Source of the DNA: Candidatus Omnitrophota bacterium
Lineage (GTDB): Bacteria > Omnitrophota > Gorgyraeia > JAGLLT01
DNA: 64,000 bases
Assembly (NCBI GenBank): GCA_030632085.1
Contig: DAOVJY010000001.1
Span: forward strand, 66,125-130,124
Direction of reading: 5' to 3'
Under the pieces are notes generated by a model. That model ran no database searches. It was not told the origin of the DNA and was given only the letters and a program-made list of their open reading frames with translations. Positions 57,342 through 64,000 of this stretch are shown here, in pieces. Position numbers and translations under genes: made by a program. The first letter of the stretch is position 1, and each line of letters opens with the position of its first letter.

Positions 57342-58506
57342 GAAGTTTCTTAATCCTTTCTACCGCTTCCTTTAATCTCATCTCATCTACGGTTAAAGCC
57401 ACTCTTATATATCCTTCACCGTTTTCACCAAAACCTACGCCGGGAGTAACAACTATATCCGCCTTCTCCAGTAAACTGTCTGAGAGCTCTATGGAAGTGT
57501 ACCCCGGAGGAACCGGAGTCCAGACATAAAAGGTTGCTTTAGGTTTAGCGACTTTCCAACCCAGAGAATTCAGGCCGTCGACAAAGACATCCCTTCTTTG
57601 CTTATACATTTTAAGAAGTTCGTCTATATGATCAGTTTCTATTTCCAGGGCTTCTATGGCCGCGTGCTGTATAGCCTCAAAAATACCGGAGTCGATATTC
57701 TCTTTTACTTTAGCTAAACCAGCAATTACATCTTTATTGCCGCAGGCAAAACCAATCCTCCAACCGGTCATATTAAACGTCTTTGATAAAGAATGAAATT
57801 CAACGCCCACGCCCTTGGCCCCCTCAACCTCTAAAAAACTCATGGGTTTGGGTTCTTCGTAATAAAGCTCCGAATAAGCCGCGTCGTGAGCCACAATAAT
57901 ATTATTACTTTCGGCGAAACTAACCACCCTCTCAAAAAAATCTTTATTAGCGCAGGCACCTGTAGGATTATTAGGATAATTTATAAACATAATCTTAGCG
58001 TTTTTCGCCACCTGACTATCTATGGCATCTAAATCAGGCAAGAAATCATTTTGCTCCAATAGCGGCATATAGTAAGGGTTGCCTCCGGCTAAAATTGTCC
58101 CTGATTTATATGGCGGGTAACACGGGTCGGGTACTAAAGCCGTCTCCTGAGAGTTTACAAAAGCCAAAGGCATATGAGCAATACCTTCTTTTGAACCGAT
58201 AAGGGGTAAAATCTCCGTATCCGGATCAAGAGTTACGTCAAATCTTTTTTTATACCATCTCGCGATAGCTTCCCTGAAAGAACTTAAACCTTTGCCCAAA
58301 GGATATCTGTGAGTATTGGGGTTTTCCACTTCCTGACATAGCTTTTTTATAATATAATCAGGTGTAGGCGTATCAGGATCTCCCACGCCTAAGTCGATAA
58401 TATCCTTACCGGCATCTTTTTTCTCTTTCTTCTTCTTGTCTATTTCAATAAAAAGATATGGCGGTAATTTTTTTAGACGTTGTGCTATCTCAACTTTAAT
58501 ACCCAT
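57334..58506 (-). CDS. dapL: LL-diaminopimelate aminotransferase
   Basis: LPPY.F, GSKEG, NYPNNPTG, SLSKTFNMTGWR; inside the dap operon. Confidence 0.88.
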   Translation of the reverse strand: MGIKVEIAQRLKKLPPYLFIEIDKKKKEKKDAGKDIIDLGVGDPDTPTPDYIIKKLCQEVENPNTHRYPLGKGLSSFREAIARWYKKRFDVTLDPDTEILPLIGSKEGIAHMPLAFVNSQETALVPDPCYPPYKSGTILAGGNPYYMPLLEQNDFLPDLDAIDSQVAKNAKIMFINYPNNPTGACANKDFFERVVSFAESNNIIVAHDAAYSELYYEEPKPMSFLEVEGAKGVGVEFHSLSKTFNMTGWRIGFACGNKDVIAGLAKVKENIDSGIFEAIQHAAIEALEIETDHIDELLKMYKQRRDVFVDGLNSLGWKVAKPKATFYVWTPVPPGYTSIELSDSLLEKADIVVTPGVGFGENGEGYIRVALTVDEMRLKEAVERIKKLHE

Positions 58507-58520
58507 CTTTTCCCTTTCTT

Positions 58521-59321
58521 TTATATAAGGTCTTCTGTTGAAAACAGGCCCTTTTTCTTAGTGCTGATAAATTTAAGCGCCGCAACAGCTCCCTTGGCGA
58601 ATATATTTCTGGAGAAAGCGTTATGAGTGATAATAATTTCATCTTCCTCGCTAATAAATCTAATCTCATGCTTGCCTTTTATATTACCGGCTCTTAAGGC
58701 ATGGATGCAAATCTGATTCTCAGGCCGGCTTTGCGCCCTGCCTTTTCTGCCGTAGGTGATAACCTTATCCGGTTTCTGATTTCTGGCGAGAGCAATAATA
58801 TCAGCCATTCTTTTAGCTGTTCCGCTCGGGGCGTCTTTCTTGTGGATATGATGTGTTTCGACTATTTCCACATTATAATCACCCGGTAAGACGCTGGCAA
58901 CTTTCTCTAAAATATTAAAGACAACATTAACACCTATGCTGGTATTTGGTGAAAAGAAAATCGGAATTTTAGCCGAGGCTTTCTTAATCTTATCGATTTC
59001 AATCTTGGTAAAACCGGTGGTTCCGATAACCATCGCCTTTTTTGACTTAATTGCTTCATGTAGATGTTCAAGAACGCATTTCGGAGCCGTATATTCAATA
59101 ATCACATCAGCTTCTTCTATTGCCTTTTTAATATTATCCGTTATTCGGCAACTTAGAGAAGGTGAATTTATGTCCACGACATCAGAAAACTTTTTGCCGA
59201 CGTCAGGATGGCCCTTTTTCTCAATAGCGGCAACAACCTTCGCGCCTTTTTCCTGAGAGATAAGCCCGGCGATAAGCTTTGACATTCTGCCGGAAGCTCC
59301 ACTAATAATAACTCTTATCAT
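58521..59321 (-). CDS. dapB: 4-hydroxy-tetrahydrodipicolinate reductase
   Basis: GASGRM, GTTG, ETHH.HKKDAPSGTA. Confidence 0.95.
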   Translation of the reverse strand: MIRVIISGASGRMSKLIAGLISQEKGAKVVAAIEKKGHPDVGKKFSDVVDINSPSLSCRITDNIKKAIEEADVIIEYTAPKCVLEHLHEAIKSKKAMVIGTTGFTKIEIDKIKKASAKIPIFFSPNTSIGVNVVFNILEKVASVLPGDYNVEIVETHHIHKKDAPSGTAKRMADIIALARNQKPDKVITYGRKGRAQSRPENQICIHALRAGNIKGKHEIRFISEEDEIIITHNAFSRNIFAKGAVAALKFISTKKKGLFSTEDLI

Positions 59322-59365
59322 TCTTTTTCTCCTCGTATAATATGTCTAAAGTCATACCCTTGCAG

Positions 59366-59449
59366 GGCACAGGCAAGACACAAGTATAAAGACACTAGTC
59401 ACAAGTACAAAGTCATTTATATATGTTCGAGGTTTAACCTCGAACATAT
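59366..59449. repeat. cacaagt-type array plus TGTTCGAGG REP palindrome
   Basis: gacacaagtataaagacactagtcacaagtacaaagtca; atatgttcgaggtttaacctcgaacatat at 59421-59449. Confidence 0.85.
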
Positions 59450-60324
59450 CATCTTCTTATTAAACCCGCTTCAATAAGTGCCTCTTTAAGTTTGCCTTCA
59501 TTGGCTTCGGTCATAGAACAAAGTGGAAGGCGCAGGACACCGTTTAACATATCCATAAACATCATAGCCGTCTTGACGCTTATGGGGTTAGTTTCAATAA
59601 ACATTGACTTAAATATGGGATAAAGCTTGTAATGCAGTTCCCGGGCCTTTGAAATATCACCTTCAGCAAAAGCCGCCACCATATTTGAAATTTCTTCAGG
59701 AATTATATTACCGGCAACCGAGACCACGCCCGCGGCACCTATAGACATCATAGGTATAGTCAGCGCGTCATCACCTGATAAAACCGTTATATCACAGAGA
59801 GATAAAATTTGACTGACCTGCTCCAAAGAACCGCTGGCTTCTTTGACCGCCATAATATTATCTATCTTATTTAAAGTAGCGATAGTTTCCGGCAGTAAAG
59901 ATATGCCCGTCCTGGAAGGAACATTATATAAAACTATGGGAATATCAACCGCCTTGGCTATTTTTTCATAATGCATTATCTGGCCATTAGGTGTCGGCTT
60001 ATTATAATATGGTGTAATTACTAAAACTCCGTCAGCCCCGGCCTTTTCGGCATATTTACTTAACTCTAAAGCTTCCTCGGTGCTGTTAGAACCCGTCCCG
60101 GCTAAAACCGGCACTCTTTTATTGACCGCCTCAATCGCTATCTTAATTAGTTTCTTCTGTTCATTATGATTAAGAGTTGCCGCCTCACCCGTACAGCCGC
60201 AGGGCACCAGGCCGCTGATTCCATTCTCAATCTGAAAATCTATCAGTTCCCTGAATTTGGCCTCATCCATCTGGCCCTCTTTATCAAACGGTGTTACTAT
60301 CGCCGTATAACAGCCTTTAAACAT
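59449..60324 (-). CDS. dapA: 4-hydroxy-tetrahydrodipicolinate synthase
   Basis: MFKG...VTPF, GCTGE, PYYNKP, YNVPSRTG, KEASG, SGDD; start moved to 60324. Confidence 0.96.
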   Translation of the reverse strand: MFKGCYTAIVTPFDKEGQMDEAKFRELIDFQIENGISGLVPCGCTGEAATLNHNEQKKLIKIAIEAVNKRVPVLAGTGSNSTEEALELSKYAEKAGADGVLVITPYYNKPTPNGQIMHYEKIAKAVDIPIVLYNVPSRTGISLLPETIATLNKIDNIMAVKEASGSLEQVSQILSLCDITVLSGDDALTIPMMSIGAAGVVSVAGNIIPEEISNMVAAFAEGDISKARELHYKLYPIFKSMFIETNPISVKTAMMFMDMLNGVLRLPLCSMTEANEGKLKEALIEAGLIRR

Positions 60325-60349
60325 AATCTTCCCCTCATAGTTATTCGTT

Positions 60350-60662
60350 CTTAGCTGATAGCTTACAGCTAAGGGCAAAGAGTCAAACAAAACATAAGTC
60401 ACAAGTGCAAAGAGTATATAGCTGTCAGCCTACAGTTGTCAGCTTTCAGCAAAAAAAACAAATAAAAAACAAGATACAAGATGCAATGACCAAATAATAA
60501 CCAATGACCAAATTCGAATAACCCAACTAAAACAAGAAAAACTGTTTGATTATTGGATATTGGAATTTGAATATTGTTTGTAACTTGTAACTTGGTTATT
60601 GGTGATTGTTTATATTTTGCGTCCAAATCATAAGTCACAATACAAATAGCTAAGTGCTTTGG
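60350..60662. repeat. Large mosaic heptamer array with a long imperfect hairpin
   Basis: CAA-type 7-mer arm (60466-60527) facing a TTG-type arm (60544-60611); shares modules with 6232, 48195 and 59366. Confidence 0.9.
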
Positions 60663-60674
60663 ATTTATTACTCT

Positions 60675-61484
60675 TTACGTAACAATATACTTGCCTTTAT
60701 AAACTAAATTACAGGCACCTTCTAAATATAAATTTTTACACTCACTATTTTCTAAATCAAAATAAACTTTTAAAATTTTACCTGAAGCCGTTATCAAATT
60801 TACCGGAGATACGGCCTTATCCAACATCGCGGCAACTACAGCCGAAGCCGCGCAGCCTGTACCACAGGCCAAAGTTTCCCCCTCGACTCCTCTTTCATAT
60901 GTTCTTATTTTTAAGTTATGTTCATCTACTACCTCGATAAAATTCACATTCGCCCCCGCGGGTGAAAACTCCTTGTTATATCTTATCTTAGAACCCAGCT
61001 CTTCCATGGGCGCAACATCCACCTTATCAACCACACGAACCACATGCGGCACACCTGTATTAGTAAAAGATACTTCTAAATCTTTATCATCAACCTCTAT
61101 TATAAAATTAAGTCTGGTATCTTTGGGGTCAATTAATTTCAGGCGCGGAACACCGTTATTAATTTCAATCGCAATCACTCCCGCCAAGGTCTCCATACGC
61201 ATTTTGTGTTTATTGAACTTATATGTATAAGCGTAAAGCCCCATACAACGGGCCCCGTTGCCGCACATTTCAACCTCGCCGCCGTCAGGATTAAAAATAC
61301 GCATCTTAAAGTCACAGGTTTCCGACTTATCGTAGAGCATAACTCCGTCAGCCCCGATAGCCTTCTCGCGCTTGCAAATTTCAACTACCAGCTTATTTAA
61401 ATCCATTCCGGAGGGTAAATTCTCGGCGTCGATAATGATAAAATCATTACCCGCCGCCTCCGCTTTTATAAAATCAAAACTCAT
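60675..61484 (-). CDS. dapF: Diaminopimelate epimerase
   Basis: GNDF, EMCGNG.RC, TGVPH, ERGV..ETLACGTG. Confidence 0.96.
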   Translation of the reverse strand: MSFDFIKAEAAGNDFIIIDAENLPSGMDLNKLVVEICKREKAIGADGVMLYDKSETCDFKMRIFNPDGGEVEMCGNGARCMGLYAYTYKFNKHKMRMETLAGVIAIEINNGVPRLKLIDPKDTRLNFIIEVDDKDLEVSFTNTGVPHVVRVVDKVDVAPMEELGSKIRYNKEFSPAGANVNFIEVVDEHNLKIRTYERGVEGETLACGTGCAASAVVAAMLDKAVSPVNLITASGKILKVYFDLENSECKNLYLEGACNLVYKGKYIVT

Positions 61485-61485
61485 T

Positions 61486-62733
61486 TTATATTCCCTTAAC
61501 TTTCACATCAGTGGCGATTAAGTCCTGATAGGTTTCTCTTTTTCTTATAAGGTAATACTTATTACCTTTAACCAACACCTCAGCCGCCCGCGGGCGGGCA
61601 TTATAGTTTGAAGACATGGAAAACCCGTAAGCCCCGGCCCCTAAGACAACCAAAAAGCCGCCGCTTTTTACCTTGTGAAACTTTCTTGATTTACCTAAGA
61701 AGTCTCCCGTTTCACATACCGGGCCGACGATATCGACCAACTTCTTAAAATATGACTTCGACTTCTCTAACAGCACAATCGCGTGAAAGGCCTTGTATAA
61801 CGCGGGCCGCATTAAATCATTCATAGCTGTGTCCGTAATTACAAAGGTCTTAGTCGGGGCGTCTTTAACATAAAGTACCTTAGCCACTAAAGCCCCGCTA
61901 TTACCCACAATAAATCTGCCGGGCTCTAAAATAAGGCGAGCCTTAATCTTTCTTAATAGAGGCGCTATAGCCTTAGCAAAACTTTCAGCCGTCTGCGGCT
62001 TTTCATCATCATAGATGATACCTAAACCGCCGCCTAAATTAATATAATCTAACCTTATCTTATTAGCCTTGATAAAAGTTATAATCTTCTTTAGGGCATC
62101 CTTGTAAGGCTTGGCCGTGGTAATCTGAGATCCGATATGCAAATGAATGCCGTTTAAATTAAGGTATTCATACTTATCCGTCGATGAAAATATTTCCTTG
62201 GCCACCTTTAAGTCAATTCCAAACTTATTTTCTTTTTTAGAGGTGGTAATATACTCATGCGTCTTAGCATCAACATCGGGATTAACCCTTATAGCCACAT
62301 TGGCCTTTTTCTTGAACTTTTTAGCTATGCGATTTATATTCTCTAATTCGGGAACGGACTCCACATTAAAGAATAAAATATCGGCCTTTAAGGCCTCACG
62401 TATTTCTTCATCGGTCTTACCTACAGAGGCGAAGACTATCTTGGACGGCTTAACTTGCGCCTTTAAAGCCTTATAAAGTTCGCCGCCTGAGACAACATCT
62501 AAACCCGCGCCTTCTCTAATAAGAATACGCAGAATATTTAAATTAGCGTTTGACTTTACCGAATAACAAATTAACGGCTTAAACTCGCTAAAGGCCAGCT
62601 TTATCTTACGAAAGTGGTCGACTAAGGTCTTATGGCTGTAAACATACAAGGGTGTCTTAAACTCTTCAGCCAGTAATTCAAGAGGCACATTTTCGCAATA
62701 AAACTTATTCTTCTTGTACTTAAATTCGTGCAT
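61486..62733 (-). CDS. lysA: Diaminopimelate decarboxylase
   Basis: TPLYVY, YSVK.N, HIGSQ, EPGR, GPVCE, MSSNYN.RPR. Confidence 0.96.
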   Translation of the reverse strand: MHEFKYKKNKFYCENVPLELLAEEFKTPLYVYSHKTLVDHFRKIKLAFSEFKPLICYSVKSNANLNILRILIREGAGLDVVSGGELYKALKAQVKPSKIVFASVGKTDEEIREALKADILFFNVESVPELENINRIAKKFKKKANVAIRVNPDVDAKTHEYITTSKKENKFGIDLKVAKEIFSSTDKYEYLNLNGIHLHIGSQITTAKPYKDALKKIITFIKANKIRLDYINLGGGLGIIYDDEKPQTAESFAKAIAPLLRKIKARLILEPGRFIVGNSGALVAKVLYVKDAPTKTFVITDTAMNDLMRPALYKAFHAIVLLEKSKSYFKKLVDIVGPVCETGDFLGKSRKFHKVKSGGFLVVLGAGAYGFSMSSNYNARPRAAEVLVKGNKYYLIRKRETYQDLIATDVKVKGI

Positions 62734-64000
62734 TTACTTTAATGCCTTTCTCCAATGTACAATTTGCTTGCCGACTGATACAGGTGAAGTTCCTCCTTCT
62801 GATTTAACCGCTTTTACAGAGTGAGAAGCATCAGTCAATTTATCAAGCACAGCTTTATTAAAATATTTACAGATTTTCTTTAATTGTATATTTGTAATAT
62901 CCTTTATCATTATCTTTTTATCCAGGCAGAATCTAATCAATTTACCGGTTACATCGTGCGCCTCTCTATAAGAAACCCCTTTCTTAATGAGATACTCCGC
63001 GAGGTCAGTGGCAAAGATAAAATCATTTTCCGCCAGGTAAATTTCAAGTTTCTTTTTATTAAATTTAAGGCTCTTAAATACTCCTTCAGTTATCTGAAGT
63101 GAAGCAATTATGCCTTCAAGGGACGCAAAGAGAGCCTCTTTATCAAACTGCATATCTCTATTGTAGGCATGCGGCAGGCCTTTTAAGAGCCCCGAGACCT
63201 GCGTCAACGCGCCCAGTGCCTTTGAAGCAAAGCCCCTGACTAATTCCAGGGTATCAGCGTTTCTCTTGTTGGGCATCATACTTGAGCCGGTTAAATAAGC
63301 CTCATCAATTTCAATAAATGAAAACTCATAGGTTGAGTAAATAATTAAGTCCTCGGCTATTCTTGATAAATTAACAGCCAGAATATTTACAGCTGAGAGT
63401 ATCTCCAGAATGTAATCTCTGGATGATACAGACTCGATTGAATTAGAACTGACCTTTAAAAAGCCTAACTCTTTAGCTACAAAACTTCTATCAATATTTA
63501 GCGTAGTGCCCCTGGCGGCACAAGCGCCTAAAGGCATTTCATCGGCACTACTGACAGCGTGCATCATTCTTACTTTGTCCTTTTGAAGCATTTCTATATA
63601 GGCGCAAAATAAGTGTGAAGCCAGTATCGCCTGGGCCGGCTGCAAATGCGTATAAACCGGTATAATCACGGAAATATTTTTCTCCGCCTGTTTTAAGATA
63701 GCTTTCTGCAAATCAATAATCTTTAAAGCCACCTCTTCAGCGGCATCAAGGCAATACATTCTGGTATCAAGCGCTACCTGGTCATTCCTGGACCTGGCTG
63801 TGTGCAGTTTATCGGCCACTTTTCCGGAAACTTCCTTTTCAAGAAGCAGATTGACATATGTGTGCACATCTTCTACGCCGTCAAAAGTCATAGGGGTTTT
63901 GCCGGATTCCACCTTTTTTAAGATATTTTTGAGGCCCTTAACTAAACCTTGAGAATCTTTTTTGGAAATTATCTTTTTTTTGCCTAACATTTTCGCGTGA
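62734..64000 (-). CDS. argH: Argininosuccinate lyase (5' end outside the window)
   Basis: EDVH, HTARSRNDQ, YTHLQ.AQ, TGSSMMPNK.N, YNRD.Q. Confidence 0.96.
   Translation of the reverse strand, partial: HAKMLGKKKIISKKDSQGLVKGLKNILKKVESGKTPMTFDGVEDVHTYVNLLLEKEVSGKVADKLHTARSRNDQVALDTRMYCLDAAEEVALKIIDLQKAILKQAEKNISVIIPVYTHLQPAQAILASHLFCAYIEMLQKDKVRMMHAVSSADEMPLGACAARGTTLNIDRSFVAKELGFLKVSSNSIESVSSRDYILEILSAVNILAVNLSRIAEDLIIYSTYEFSFIEIDEAYLTGSSMMPNKRNADTLELVRGFASKALGALTQVSGLLKGLPHAYNRDMQFDKEALFASLEGIIASLQITEGVFKSLKFNKKKLEIYLAENDFIFATDLAEYLIKKGVSYREAHDVTGKLIRFCLDKKIMIKDITNIQLKKICKYFNKAVLDKLTDASHSVKAVKSEGGTSPVSVGKQIVHWRKALK

Noticed and set aside
60399-60638. 79-aa ORF and the N-terminal extension of dapA to 60402
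   Set aside because: Both are translations of the heptamer array. dapA has an SD and a typical start at 60324.

Overview
AT-rich bacterial chromosomal window with most genes on the minus strand. The host is probably PVC-superphylum, Omnitrophota-like (inferred from the GGVG-insert L28, the H-X9-DG-type prepilin, PEP-CTERM proteins and the dapL route). Housekeeping blocks: rlmD-era-recG, rpmB, ychF, a TPR-ExbB-ExbD-TonB-acyl-CoA ligase operon, and argH-lysA-dapF-dapA-dapB-dapL-folK-panC-nadX. Accessory material: an eroded PEP-CTERM/EPS locus (17.4-34.9 kb), five TA-like modules, four PilZ genes, a minor-pilin trio and a RAYT-type HUH transposase. The most striking signals are intergenic. (1) Mosaic arrays of several shared heptamer-repeat modules, reshuffled in order and orientation at five sites, including inside the dap operon. 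(2) At least three REP-like hairpin families, usually within about 20 nt of a stop codon; some bracket the RAYT, the pilin trio and a RelE-like toxin with a zinc-finger insert. (3) An AbiE module inserted through a duplication of the era-rlmD junction. (4) Many deletion scars that join the start of one lost gene to the end of another. (5) A perfect sigma70 promoter driving a probable sRNA. No rRNA, tRNA or CRISPR array was seen. All calls are by eye, with no database searches.
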